Shown: positions 1 through 13,258 of the stretch, piece after piece
Layout: each line of letters opens with the position of its first letter
How positions within the stretch are numbered: position 1 is the first letter of the stretch
Origin: Geosiphon pyriformis uo1
Taxonomy: Eukaryota; Fungi; Glomeromycota
Reading direction: 5' to 3'
DNA length: 64,000 nucleotides
Assembly (NCBI GenBank): GCA_016748015.1
Contig: JAAOMT010000675.1
Location: 62,001 to 126,000, forward strand
Notes under the pieces: generated by a model
The model's database searches: none
The model's input: the letters and a program-made list of their open reading frames with translations, nothing else
Told to the model about the DNA's origin: nothing
Program-made: the position numbers and the translations under genes

Positions 1-9
1 TTGGTATGT

Positions 10-989
10 TGTTATCAGACAAAATTAGAAATATTGTTTAGCATAAAATTACTCTTATAAATCTTATCATTAATTAGCATATATTATCATTTCAAATTAT
101 CACTTATTACATTAGCAAAATATCTGAAATTATCATTTAATTAATAACCTAATTTGTACATAACACAAATGTAACTTAATTGCAATGATCAATCATGCAA
201 TATTCCAAACTATGTAACATTTAAAAAGTTCGCCAAAATTTGTAAGAAATTCGCCAAAATAATTGATAGTTCACCGAAATATCTAATAGTTCACAGAAAT
301 AACTTGTAGTTCGCCAAAATGTATCTTTAGTTTAGCGAAATTATAGAAAATAGCAAAGTTCAAGTTCATAAAATAGTGTTACGACAAGTTGTATAAAAGA
401 AAAGCTTCTCTCTTCGAAAAAATGTATCTTACTTCAGATTTAATAATTAGAATCAGCCTTTACACACAAAATAAATATCAAATAAATTCAAAAAACCAAA
501 TTCTTAATTATTTCTCTTGGGATTAACCAATTCCTACTAACAGTTTGAAATTGATTAGCTACCAATTTCAGTAGACTGTTAAAGCACTTCCAGGTCTGGA
601 TCCAAAACAACTTCCATAAATCATCAGTTTTACTTTTTTTTTACATTTCTTTTATTTTCTTTCTTTTCTTATTATAAATCATTTGGGTAGCCTACAGATG
701 AGAATTTCTGTAGAAGAGTTGATTTTCACAGCAAAATAACTATACATTTTTAGTAAGCTTCCAGATGAGCAATTCCTGAGAAAGAGTTGATGTTTACTAC
801 AATGTAACTACATAAAGTAACTAGCACGGAATTGGCCATTCTACTTATAAGCCCAGCAGTTCAAATTATAGAAGATAATTTGAAGATAAATTCAGTTACT
901 GGAGGTTCAACTACTTCCTGAAAACGTGAATTCACAGCAAATCAACATCAACAACATTCAAGAAAAGAGACCAAAAACCTCCAATAACA
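10..989 (+). repeat. Solo LTR, family A (Ty3/Gypsy), inserted in RT of E1
   Basis: TGTTAT..TAACA termini; 4-bp TSD ATGT at 6-9 and 990-993; colinear with 8511-9443, 20322-21291 and 37152-38124. Confidence 0.92.
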
Positions 990-3900
990 ATGTTCATTGT
1001 TTTAATGGCATTGTATCTTCAGTTTTGATTTGGTGTTGGATAATATCAATTCTGCCAAATTCATTTTCACTGACAAAAATATCAGTGAAATTGTTAAACA
1101 ACATTTTGAGCTGTATTTATTAAAATGGATCTAAATTTCCCAAGTTCATTTGTTCTAATTGTTTTAATTGAAGCAAATAACATTTTTTTTGTCTGTATAT
1201 TGTTTGTAATATGATATTCACATATTCACAAAGTTGTGGAAAATCTGAAATAATGTTTGGTGGTTGGTCCTCAACTTTAGTGCTTAAGTATCTGATAATG
1301 GTTCCACTTGGTATTTTAATGATGTCTTCAATTGTATTATAGATAAGAATTTTGATGTACTTATTGTTCTTGGCTGGGATGTAGAAATTGGTAATTCCAA
1401 TTTCTTTTGATTTACAAATAGTTGGTTCTACTTCAAAAATCTGGAGCTAATCCTTTATTTTCCTTTTTATTATTAATATGTGCTGGTTATATAGTGGAAT
1501 AGAAACTGATTGATAGATGGAAATAATTTTTTCCTTATTAATAGTTTTTTTTCTGCCATATTGATCAATATATCTATTCTACCTGTTAATTTGAATTTAT
1601 TTTTCTTTTTGGCTGTTATTTTTAATTTTTCTCTTGTTCTCATTGACACCAACTAAGCTATTTTCACTAAAAGTAGGAATATTGTCTATGCTATTTTTTT
1701 GTTTAATTCAATTTTGTATGGTTTTTCTAATTTATTTTGTAGTATTGCAATAATATTTTCTACATATTTTGCATTAATTATTCCTTTTTTAATACTGATT
1801 TTTTTTTTTGCTAAGCTAAATTTAGATGCTAATTGAATTATTGTTGTTGCTAGAATTTCTAATGCTATTTTTAGATTAATACAAATATACATATTGGGTT
1901 CCAATATTATGGCATATTTTTCTGGATATCTTAGATTAAATCTTGCATTAATATTATGCACTCATTCTGGCATAATATTTTTCTTATTATCATTGAACTA
2001 TTTTAGTTTTTGCTTTTTTGTAAGATCTGGAAGTACAATATATTGTTCTAAGTCTTTGTTGGAATTTGAATTGTCATTAATTAAGTTGTTAGTTTGAATA
2101 GAGTTGAAGCCATTGTTGTTGTCATTGTTATCAAAGTTTGAATTGTGATTAAAGTTTAAGTCTGATTTTGAAGTGCACTCCTTGATTGGTTCTTTCTCTT
2201 TAGAGATTGAATAGATTATTTATGGTGGTGGATTGTAGATGAGATCACAATCATTATAATACTTAAAATCACATAGAATTAAACAATAATCACATAGTCA
2301 GGTGTTTAGCTCTTTTAAATACTGTTTTTGTTCTTTTCATGTAAGTGTCAAGTCTTAATAGTGTTTATAGAATTGCTTTGGATTATTTTTAATATCATCA
2401 AAAATGTTAAAAATAAGGATGTATTCTGGTTTAAGTAGTGTAAATAAATTATTCTTAATTTTTAGCAATTTACTAAAGAAAGCACTTTTAACTTTGGTGC
2501 TTGTTATTTTCCAGATCTTGTATTTTTTATGTAGATATCTTTCTAAGTGTTTTAGTATTTATTTCCAAACATTATTAATTCGAGTTCTTTTTTTGTATCC
2601 AATTATTAATCAAAATCATGTACTAACACATTTTGTTACATATTTTTCTTTGTTTAATAATGTTGTTCCATATTTTTTTGTCAGAAAGAATTGTTTCACA
2701 CCTGAAACAAAACTTATTGTCCCATTTTTTTTGTTACTTTGGTTATTCAAAATGTTCAAAAATGCATGAATGACAGTAATATTTTGTTGCCATAAACTAT
2801 TTCTTATTATTATTACAGCATGTACTTATTGATGACAACTTCTTGCCACAATCAATGCAAACTAACTTTGGCTGACAATACTGTAAGTTGGCATGAAAAG
2901 TAGTATATAGAATATAAATAGAGATAGTAACTAAAGTGAGGGGTTTTTTTTTTTTTTTTCTTTTCAATTAGGTATAAGTGGTAATTTATTGTGTTTTTTT
3001 TCAACTCATAAAACTTGGTAGGCTTCTTAGATAGGTTTTCTCTTTTTTTCTTTATACTTAATTAGTGGTTGCTTGTTGATGATAGTTTTGAAATAACCAC
3101 AAGTGGTTAGTATTCAAATATTCTGGCTATTTTGGCTTAGTTGTAATTTTTGGATGTTTTAATCAAGCACTGCATTGGTTTTGAACAGCCAGTTATTACC
3201 AACAAGAGCTTGGTATTAAATAGCTTTCATGACTAATACTTTGATGGAAGTGGTAATGCTGTTAACTTCAAAAGAAAAGTCATTAATTTTGCTAATAGAA
3301 GTTTTGGCCACTCTATTAATTATAATAATTCTAACACTGGCAGCACAATTAACTTGGCAACCTAATTGGTTTATGAGTTGTTATGTAATGATACTGCCAG
3401 CTGATTTACTGTTTAGAATCAGTTTGATGAGCTGACTATTAACTTTGGCATTAGTATACATTGCAGTAATAAGTTTTAATTTAAAAGCAGCTCTACTAAA
3501 TAAGAGGGTTTTGATTGTTTTTTCAAGTTCAAAAGAGAAAATAACAGTAAGTAATTTGTCTTTGGTAATTGTTGCTGATAGAATATTGTTGAGAGATGGT
3601 TAAGTTTAATTGAGTTTTGATAGATTAGGTGTGGTGATTTCTGGGAATACCAAAAGACTTAGATAATATTAAGCAGTTGGGTTTTGTACATAGCTAGTTT
3701 CTAAATTTTGCTGTTGAGATCCAGTTTGTTATGCTGTTGAACTGGATATCAATTGGTGTATTATTATTGCCAATTACCAATCTTAATAGATCTGAGTAGA
3801 TCTTGGTTTTTGGTTTCTGTTTTGAGATAAGTTTTGTGACTGATTCTGATTTGGTTGGGACTGATAAATAATTTGGAACTGGAATGGTTAATAAATTATC

Positions 3901-5775
3901 AATGCTAGTAGCTAATAAATAAGTGGTTGATAAATTGGCTGTGTTATTTGAGTGTAATATGATTGATGTTTAGTATTGTTTAGGTGATTGATTACTGATA
4001 TAGTTCTGGATTTGAAATCAGCAATTGGAGTTTTGATACTGCTTTTTTAATTGTTGATCACTTAACTGTTTGTAATATTTGAATTGCAAATATTCTTGTT
4101 TATTACAATAGTGGCAATTATGCATTTTTTGTCATTACTGTTGATTACTGGATGATGATAAACACAATTAATTTTGGAGACTATTAAGATTCTTTGGATT
4201 ATTATGACATTGTAATAGTTGATAAATTGCCTAATTTTTAGCTAAATATCTCTCTAATTTTTGATTAATAGAATCACTGAATTGTTTCAACTTGAAGTTC
4301 AATTCAGATAATCTGTTTATTACTAGATTAATGACTTGGGCATAATTAGCTTCTAGCTTGGCCAATTTGAAATCTTGGGCATGTGTAACTGCATCTTAGA
4401 GAGTTTGTGAGTAGATTGAATGCATATGCTAGAGAATACTACTGTATAATCTACAGATAAACTGGTTCAAAATTTGTGATACTGTAAAGTAATTTGCATT
4501 AATTGCTTGTATTTGGTACAAGTCTCTATAGAAGTGTCTTAAATAAGTGGTAATTGCTTTAGTATCTTTTTGTTTAATGATTGTAAAAGTATTTACTAGG
4601 TAATTGACACTATTATTATTATTAAAATATCTCAAAAATTCAACTTTAAATATGTTAAAGTTTTGGGATTTCTGGGCCAAGCTTTGATATCATGAGTCGA
4701 CAGTATCTTAGAAGAAGTATAAGATTGCTTGTAATGCTCTAACATTATCTTATTCATTGGCTGTGATAGTTTTTTTTATATTATTGAGTCATACTTGGGC
4801 ATTATTTTCTTTATTAGTAAATTTTTTGAGTTTTGTAATTGGAACATAAGCCATTAGTGCTGGTGGCAGTTGTGATTGTTATGATTGTAGTTGCTATTAA
4901 AGTTGTTGCTGAAATGATAATTGCAACTGTTGTTGTTATTCAGCAATTGGGACAACTGGTGGGTTTATTATGATTTTTAAAAGTAAGTTTTGAGAAACAA
5001 TAAGGGCAGAGTTTGAATTGTTTGGGTTTTGTTGGGTTTGAACAATTAAAGTTTGAATTTTTGGGTTTTTTGTAATTGGGTTTTAAGTATTATTTTCTTG
5101 ATTGTTATTTTCTTCTTCCTTAAAGTCTGTTATTTTTTACAAACTAATAGCTCCAAAATCTGGTGGTAGTGGTGGTAATTAAAGTTCTGATGGTATTATT
5201 GATTGTAAATTAAATCCCTTGAAATAATTGTCATAGATTCTCAATAGTTTAACTTTTTCCTGTTTATTTTGAAATAGAATTCTGGCTAATAGTATTTTTG
5301 CATTTGCTGTGGATGTACTTACTGATATTATGTTAATGGTATTTCCAAGTGTGTAATAATATGATAGGTATATTAGTGATTTGACTCTTGGTTTCTTTTA
5401 AGTAAGTGGTTGTATCTGTTTTGGAATTCCTATTAGTATTTGCAATCTTCTTTTTTTTTTGTTAGCAAAGGTGATAAAAAATCTTTGTTTAGTGTACTTT
5501 TTAATTTTCCTGTTTATTTCCATAATTAAAAGTACAAATAGATAGTTTTGTAGAAGTGTGGTGTGCTAAAGTAGTTGATTAAAAAAATTTTTGAAAGCAG
5601 ATTTTGGATCTTCTTAATCTTCCAAGTAGTATACAATTCTTTCATTAACATAACAATTAAAAACTGATTCTGTTGGCCAATTATTACTTGTCAGTCCAAA
5701 ATAAGTATAATAGTGGTAAAATAAAGATTTTGCAAATCCTAAATAGTTGGTTCCTATTACTTCTAATTCTGTTAC
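990..5775 (-). pseudogene. E1 gag-pol remnant (many stops and frameshifts)
   Basis: ORF fragments 4429-4680 (capsid) and 1686-1961 (dUTPase); colinear with E7. Confidence 0.85.
1580..2010 (-). pseudogene. Retroelement dUTPase domain (E1), decayed
   Basis: NARFNLRYP / QLASKFSLAKK / GIINAKYVEN / KIA*TIF match decayed dUTPase motifs 1-4. Confidence 0.8.
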
Positions 5776-5820
5776 TGTTATAAATAGTTGCTGTTAGTGC
5801 TGGTTTTCTGTTAAATTATA

Positions 5821-5837
5821 CCTCACAGAAAGCACCA
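5821..5837 (-). other. Primer binding site of E1
   Basis: Reverse complement TGGTGCTTTCTGTGAGG, 2 nt after the LTR end. Confidence 0.85.
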
Positions 5838-5839
5838 AA

Positions 5840-6599
5840 TATTACAGATGATTATTTGGGTGGTTAGAATAAATAACAAATTCATAACTTGATGCTTAAT
5901 AGCTGCTATAGTTGGTGATATCTGAAGATTTTCATATCTGAAGGTTTTGGTTGTCTAAAGGGTTTGGTTGTCTGAAAAGTTTGGTTGAGTTTTTTGTATA
6001 ATGATCAGAAATTCAAGGGTTATATTAATAGTCTCCTAAAATTGCAATTCTGTCAAGTTTTTTTTTTCAATGTAATAACTGGTTTATTCTGGCAATCATG
6101 CCTTTTTGGTAAGCTATCTATAAATTCTTTAAACTATGTATTCTTTCTTTGAGATTTTTTATCAGGCTATTCTTAATATTAATTACTCAGTGCTTACTTT
6201 TTTTAATCAGTTAGTAAATCAACAAACAACAAAGAAATAAAATAAATAAAATAAAAATAATGAAAAAAAATAAGAATTAGTATCTTATTAATAGCCATGA
6301 TTAAGAGCTATTGTTCTAGTGTAATTAAGTATTAAATTCTATTAACATAAAATGTTAATAGAATGGAAATGATTAATAGTCTTTAATTAAGTAATAATAA
6401 TATGAATTTAAGTGGTAATTGATAATTTATTGATAAGTAATATAGATTTTAAACTGCTTCTTTAACTGGAGATTCTAACTGTGTGTTTTAGTTGTTAATT
6501 CTCTCTTTTCTGCTTCTAATACTCTCACTATATATACATAATTAATGTTTTATAAAATCTCACACATTTATGAGCAATATGCTATAATTTTTTGAACAA
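5840..6599 (-). repeat. E1 5' LTR (U3 cut by the E4 insertion)
   Basis: R/U5 homologous to 13259-14173; TATA-like TATATATAG near 6528-6538; interrupted at 6600 by another LTR end. Confidence 0.85.
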
Positions 6600-8388
6600 T
6601 ATTACAGATGATTATTTGGGATCTGGAAACAAATAACAAATCTGTAACTTGGTGCTTAATTAGAAATATGGTTGATAATATCTGAAGGTTTTCATGATCT
6701 GAAGGTTTTTGTAATCTAAAAGTTTTGGTTTGAGTTCTTTGTATAATGAACAGAAATTCAAATGTGTTTTCTATAGCTTCCTGGAATTGCAATTCTGTCA
6801 AATTTTTTTCTCAACATAATGGCCAATAATCCTTCTAATAAGCTATCCTTAATCCTTGAATATTTTACTCTTATTCTTGGGTCTTTTACTAGTCACTTTG
6901 ACATTAATAACTCCATACATTAATCTTTAATTAATTAGTAAATAATAACAAACAAAGAAATAAAATAATGAAATAAGCCAAGACAAGAAAGATTAGTATC
7001 CTGTCAATAGTGATCAAGAGTTATTGGTCCAGTGTAGTTAAGTATTAGTAATTATCAACATAAATTGTGATAAAAAAAAGATGAATTGTAATATTTAATA
7101 AGTATTTTATTAATATTTTATGTTTTTTATTTCAAGTTATAGAATACTATTATATAAAAAGATAAATGGAGAATTGAATTAGAGGTTCTAAACTAAAGAT
7201 TCTTTTTTTTCTGCTTCTAATACTATTGCTATATATACATANNNNNNNNNNNNNNNNNNNNTATCTATAAATTCTTTAAACTATGTATTCTTTCTTTGAG
7301 ATTTTTTATCAGGCTATTCTTAATATTAATTACTCAGTGCTTACTTTTTTTAATCAGTTAGTAAATCAACAAACAACAAAGAAATAAAATAAATAAAATA
7401 AAAATAATGAAAAAAAATAAGAATTAGTATCTTATTAATAGCCATGATTAAGAGCTATTGTTCTAGTGTAATTAAGTATTAAATTCTATTAACATAAAAT
7501 GTTAATAGAATGGAAATGATTAATAGTCTTTAATTAAGTAATAATAATATGAATTTAAGTGGTAATTGATAATTTATTGATAAGTAATATAGATTTTAAA
7601 CTGCTTCTTTAACTGGAGATTCTAACTGTGTGTTTTAGTTGTTAATTCTCTCTTTTCTGCTTCTAATACTCTCACTATATATACATAATTAATGTTTTAT
7701 AAAATCTCACACATTTATGAGCAATATGCTATAATTTTTTGAACAATATTACAGATGATTATTTGGGATCTGGAAACAAATAACAAATCTGTAACTTGGT
7801 GCTTAATTAGAAATATGGTTGATAATATCTGAAGGTTTTCATGATCTGAAGGTTTTTGTAATCTAAAAGTTTTGGTTTGAGTTCTTTGTATAATGAACAG
7901 AAATTCAAATGTGTTTTCTATAGCTTCCTGGAATTGCAATTCTGTCAAATTTTTTTCTCAACATAATGGCCAATAATCCTTCTAATAAGCTATCCTTAAT
8001 CCTTGAATATTTTACTCTTATTCTTGGGTCTTTTACTAGTCACTTTGACATTAATAACTCCATACATTAATCTTTAATTAATTAGTAAATAATAACAAAC
8101 AAAGAAATAAAATAATGAAATAAGCCAAGACAAGAAAGATTAGTATCCTGTCAATAGTGATCAAGAGTTATTGGTCCAGTGTAGTTAAGTATTAGTAATT
8201 ATCAACATAAATTGTGATAAAAAAAAGATGAATTGTAATATTTAATAAGTATTTTATTAATATTTTATGTTTTTTATTTCAAGTTATAGAATACTATTAT
8301 ATAAAAAGATAAATGGAGAATTGAATTAGAGGTTCTAAACTAAAGATTCTTTTTTTTCTGCTTCTAATACTATTGCTATATATACATA
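6115..8388. other. Exact 1127-bp duplication (6115-7241 = 7262-8388) flanking a 20-N gap; probable unmerged contig overlap
   Basis: Apparently identical sequence at offset 1147 (identical ORFs 6568-6801 and 7715-7948); Ns at 7242-7261. Confidence 0.9.
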
Positions 8389-9557
8389 AATTTTATTGTA
8401 TGAGATTTTTTGAATTTTTCAATTCTCTAACCAGAAATTCTGAAATTTTTGGAATCTTGTAATTTTTCAAAAGAAATTTTGGAATTTTGCAATTTTAATT
8501 CCTCACATGATATTACCAGAGGTTTTTGGTCTTCTTTCTTAAATGTTGTTAATATCTGTTTGTTGTAAATTCACGTTTTTTAGAAGTAATTGAACCTCTA
8601 ATAACTGAATTTATCTTTAAATTATCTTTTATAATTTAAACTGCTGGGCTTATAAGTAGAATAGCCAATTTTATGTTAGTTATTTTGTGTAGTTACATTG
8701 TAGTAAATGTTAACTCTTTCCCAGGAATTGCTTGTCTAAAAGCTCACTAAAATGTGTAGTTATTTTGCTGTGAAAGTCAACTTTTCTACAGGAATCTTGT
8801 CTGTAGACTATTTTAATGATTATAATAAAAAAATAAAATAAAAATAAAAAAAATGTAAAAAAAATGGAATTGTGTTAAGAGAAATGTTTTCTATTCAGGC
8901 CTGGAGGTACTAACAGATTACTGAAATTGGTAGCTAATTAATTTCAAAATGTTAGTTTGTGTTGAGAGAATTTTAAGTGCAATAATTAAAGGATTTGGTT
9001 TTCAAATATTTAATTTTTTATTTAAATGTGTAAAAAATGATTTGTTTTAATTAAGATATCTAAAATAAGATACTATGAGAAGATATATTTTCTTGAAGAG
9101 AAAAGCTTTTCTTTTATACAACTTGTTGTAGTACTAATATTTGAACTTGTACTTTTCTCTTTGTTCTACTTTCAGTGAACTAAAGATACATTTCAGTAAA
9201 TTACAAATTATTTCTACAAACTATTAATTATTTCGACCAATTTTCATTAATTTCGGTGAATTTTGACTATATTAACTGGTTTAGAGTATTGTGTAATTTG
9301 ATCATCTTAATTTCTATAGTACAAATTGGGTTATTAATTAAATAATAAGTAATAGTTAAAATGATAATAATATATGCTAATTAATAATAGGAATTATAAG
9401 GATAATTTTATGCTAATTAATAGCTAAAATTTTACTGGTAACAACAAGAATTCTGTAATTCCTCTAAGAGAAATCCTGGAATTCTACTTTTACTATGTTT
9501 TATTCTAACTAACTAACTGATATACTAATATATAATTCTTATATTCTATGAATAAAA
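6600..9557 (-). repeat. E4 3' LTR (inflated by the assembly duplication and a nested solo LTR-A)
   Basis: Homologous to 32302-33219; the PPT follows at 9558-9572. Confidence 0.8.
8511..9443 (-). repeat. Solo LTR, family A, inside U3 of the E4 LTR
   Basis: Reverse complement of LTR-A; flanks ATGA / ACAA are CpG-decayed copies of TSD ACGA. Confidence 0.9.
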
Positions 9558-9570
9558 TTATTCTCTCTTT

Positions 9571-10220
9571 TTAATATTGAGCTCTGTCAAGATCTCTTAT
9601 ATCTCCTAACTTTTCATTTTTAATTAACTCTTAAACTTTTTTTTTGAAAATTACTTGGGTTATTTTATCTGTAATTTTTCAAATTGGACATTGGTAATTT
9701 TCCCTAATTGATTGATAATAACTGTATCTATTACTGGATTAAGTAGTATTGTTAGTCAATCTTAAAATTCTGTGTATAGCCAATATTGTGTCTGTGTAAA
9801 CAAATTGTTTTTTCTTACAAATTGTTTAAGTTATTATAGTATTGTTGTGTTGAATAATTATTTTGTTTTGTCAGTGTATAATTTCTGAATATTTAAAGTT
9901 TGTTCTAAGTAATAATAACAAAAGTTTCTTGGAAATTGTTGTATCTACCAATTTCAAGTTTTTTTTGTTAATTTCTGGTGTGATATATCTGTTTCTGGTA
10001 TTTCTATTGACAACTTTACTTTTGCTATTATCTTGTCTATGGTGTTTTTTGGTTTTCTGTACACCTTGTATTGAGTTTTCTTTTTATTTTTTTTGTACTA
10101 AATAGTTTGTTGGTTGATTGTGATTTCCATGTTTTGTTGTTAAATCAATTGGAATAGTTGTTGTGCAAGTGAATGGATGTTATTGGTAATTTTTATCTTT
10201 TATTATTGCTTTTATTACAT
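9571..10220 (-). pseudogene. E4 ORF3 (unknown protein downstream of integrase), decayed
   Basis: Homologous to 40063-40717; ends DLDRAQY* at the PPT. Confidence 0.7.
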
Positions 10221-10254
10221 ATATTATATCTTTATATATTATTTTGTTTAATTA

Positions 10255-11118
10255 ATTTGACATGTTTGTATTAATGATTATGATTGGTTCTAGATCTCAT
10301 GGAATCTTATCTGGTTTGATTAGTATTTATTGTACTCTTAGTTGTGAAATACTATTAATGAATAATGATGCTATATTGTGATATGGTTTCAGTTGATTTC
10401 TATATACTGTTTTAGCTAAAATTTTGTTGTTCTATCTTAGTTTATAAGCTCTATTTCCTAGAATTTCTTCTATATGAAATGGTCTGTTTCATTTGGTGTC
10501 AAATTTTCTATTTCATTGTTTTTTCACTTTGGTATGATGTAAGAATACTTTGTTTTCAATTCTAAATTCAACTGATTTTTCTGGTAACTGGTTATTATGT
10601 TATTTTTTTTGTTTTTTTTGTGACTTTTAAATATTATCAGCTGCTTTTCATCTTTTATTTTCAACTTTTATCTCTATTGGTAATGTTGCTATTTTACTAT
10701 AAACAAGTTCAAATGGTGTTGCTTGTGTGGTGTCTTGCTTTATTGTTTAATAAACAAATAGTACTGATAGTATAAACAAATCTTATTTGTTCTGGTTTTT
10801 TTGACTGATTTTGGCAATTGCTTCACATAATGTTCTGTTGAACTTTTTAACTAAACTATTTGTTTATGGATGATATAGTGATAATAATAATCTTTTGATT
10901 CCAAATTTTTGGCTTAATTCTGTTAATATTCTGTTTACAAAGTAAGTTCCTTGATCTGATAATAATTTTTTTGGACATTTATGTCGACAAATCAAATCTT
11001 AATAAACAAATTTGGCTATGAATTCTGTATTTGCTCTTTGAATTGCTTTTGCCTTTGGCCATTTTGTGAGATAATACATAACAACTACTATATAATAATT
11101 GTCTTTGCTGGTTATTGT
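10255..11118 (-). pseudogene. E4 integrase, core to C-terminal part
   Basis: YLTKWPKAK, LSDQGTYF, VKKFNRTL, decayed GPF motif. Confidence 0.8.
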
Positions 11119-11119
11119 T

Positions 11120-13258
11120 CTGGGTTTAAATTGAGATTTGAATTATTACTGTTGTTGTTGCTATTTTAAATAGAGCTAGAACTGTTGTTATCATTATTAT
11201 TGTTGGAGTTTAAATTACAATTGAATGGTAATTCCGATTCTATTTTACAGCTGCTAATTAGTTCTTTTTCTTCTGGAATTATGTAAATTATATGTGGTGG
11301 TAGATTATAAATAAAATTACAATCATTACAATACTGAAAGTCACATAGTATTAAATAGTAATTACATAAATGAGTGTTGAATTGTTTTAAATATTGCTTT
11401 TGCTTCTTCTTCATGGATGCCAATTCTTGGTAGTGTTCATAAAATTGTTTGGAATCCATTACATCAAGGATAATATCAGAGTTTGGGACCCAAATGATTT
11501 CTTCTGGTTCTGGTAAGTTGTTTTTAATTGTTTTAATTTTTTTTAGAGTTACATCTTTGATTTTGGTGATTGTCATTCTCCAAATTTTATTGTTATTATG
11601 TAGACAACTGTCTAAATATTTCACAGTTCTTTACCAGACAGCATTTATATGAGTTTTTTTTTTTATTCAATCACTAATTAGAATTGTGTATTGACATAAT
11701 TTATTGTATGTTTCTTCATAACCAGAAATATTATTCCATATTCCTTCATCTAAAAGAGTTTCCTCATATGCAAAGCATGATTTGTTGTCCCATTTTTCTT
11801 GTCTTTTTGGTTGTCCAAAGCATTTAAGGATGCATAAATAGCAGTAATATTTTGTGGCCATTGGCTATTTCTTATTATTACTACAATATGTGCCCATTAA
11901 CAACAATTTTTTGTTACAATCAACACATATTAATTTTAATTGATAGTAATTAAAATGACTGGTGGTATCTAGAATATAAGTGGAGATTGTAACTTGGGAT
12001 TTGTTTTTGTTTTTTTTTGTTTTTTTTTTTTTATATAAGTACTAGTGATAAGTTGTTATGGTTAGTGTCAGCCCATAAAACTTGGTAGGCTTTCCAAGTA
12101 GATTTCTTTTCTTTTTCTTTGAATTTAATTAATGGTGGCAGTTAAGTGGTGTTTGTTTTAAAATGACCACAAATGGCAAGTACTCGAATTTGCTGGTCAT
12201 TTTGACTGAACTAGAGCTCTTACATGGTCCAGTCAAAGATGACATTAGTCTTGAACAGCCAGTTATTACCAATTAATGCTTAGTATTGTGTGGCTTCCAT
12301 GATGAGAACTTTTATGAATGCAATAATACCATTGACTTTAAAAAAGAAGTCATCAATCTTACCAATAAGTATTTTTGTTGCTCCATTAGCAGTAATAATT
12401 CTAGTGCTGGCAGCATAATTAACTTAGTGACTTAATTGGTTCATGAATTGTTATGTAATAATATTGTTAGCTAATCTATTGTCTAAAATTAGTTTAATAA
12501 ACTGACCATCAACTTTGGCATCTGTATATATTGCAGTAATGGGTTTTGATTCAAAAACAGCTCCACTGAATAATGGCATTTCAATTGGTTTCTTTAGTTT
12601 AAAAGAAAAAATGGTGATAAATAATTTGTTTTCAGTAATAGTTGCTGGAGATATGTTGTTGATAAGTAGTTAAGTTTGATTGAATTCTTGTTTACTGAGT
12701 TTGGCATCTTTTGAAATAACCAGAAGACTTAAATAGTTCTGGGAATTTGGGTTTTGGTTGTATCCAGTTTTTGAACTCCACTGGCATAATCTTGAGAGCT
12801 ATTTTAATAAGCTGAGAATCAGTTGATGCATTACCATTACCAATTGTCAGTTTTGTTGGATGTAGATGATTCTTGGTTTTGGATTTCTAGATATTTGAGC
12901 TGGGTTTAGTGGTGTTTGAATTGGTTGAGATTGATAGATTATTTGTGACTATGGCTGATATATTATGGGTGCTGAAGTTTAATATACTGGAAGTAAGTAT
13001 AATTGTTGCATTATGAATGAATAATAGGGCTAATAGTAATTCTGATTTGGTTGATAATTTGGAGTTGGATATTGGCAATTGGAGTTTCAATATTGACTTC
13101 TTAATCATGGATTATCATTAAAATAGCAGTCAATTTTGATGTAATCTTGTTTACTACAATTGTAACAAATACACATTTCTGGCTGCCATGGTTGATTGGT
13201 TAATAATGAGAGATGCAATTAATTTTGGAACTGATTTGAGTTTTTTTGATTATTGTGT
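11120..13258 (-). pseudogene. E4 gag C-terminus (CCHC), aspartic protease and Cys-rich insert
   Basis: CYNCSKQD knuckle; YTDAKVDGQFIKLILDN; ORFs 11166-11624 and 11667-11861 are Cys-rich. Confidence 0.8.

Larger units (their letters stand above)
990..6599 (-). mobile_element. E1: decayed Ty3/Gypsy element (partial 5' LTR, PBS, gag, PR, Cys-rich insert, dUTPase, start of RT; continues off the left window edge)
   Basis: Minus-strand Gag (FKVEFLRYFNNNNS), protease (LILNSKSAGS), dUTPase fragments; PBS at 5821-5837 next to the LTR end at 5840. Confidence 0.9.
6600..13258 (-). mobile_element. E4: internally deleted Ty3/Gypsy element (3' LTR, PPT, ORF3, IN C-half, deletion, Cys-rich insert, PR, gag C-terminus); gag resumes at 32122-32301
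   Basis: PPT (rc) next to the LTR end at 9557; IN-to-linker junction near 11113-11119; gag continuous across the E2 insertion. Confidence 0.85.

Noticed and set aside
228-345. CRISPR-like regularly spaced repeats
   Set aside because: Units are ~21 bp with 8-10 nt variable parts, lie inside LTR U3, recur in each LTR-A, and the context is eukaryotic with no cas genes.
6568-6801. Short ORFs inside LTRs and antisense to pol (e.g. 926-1123, 2404-2769, 7715-7948, 13800-14015)
   Set aside because: Non-ATG or chance ORFs in AT-rich repeat DNA; reading frames are not conserved between copies.
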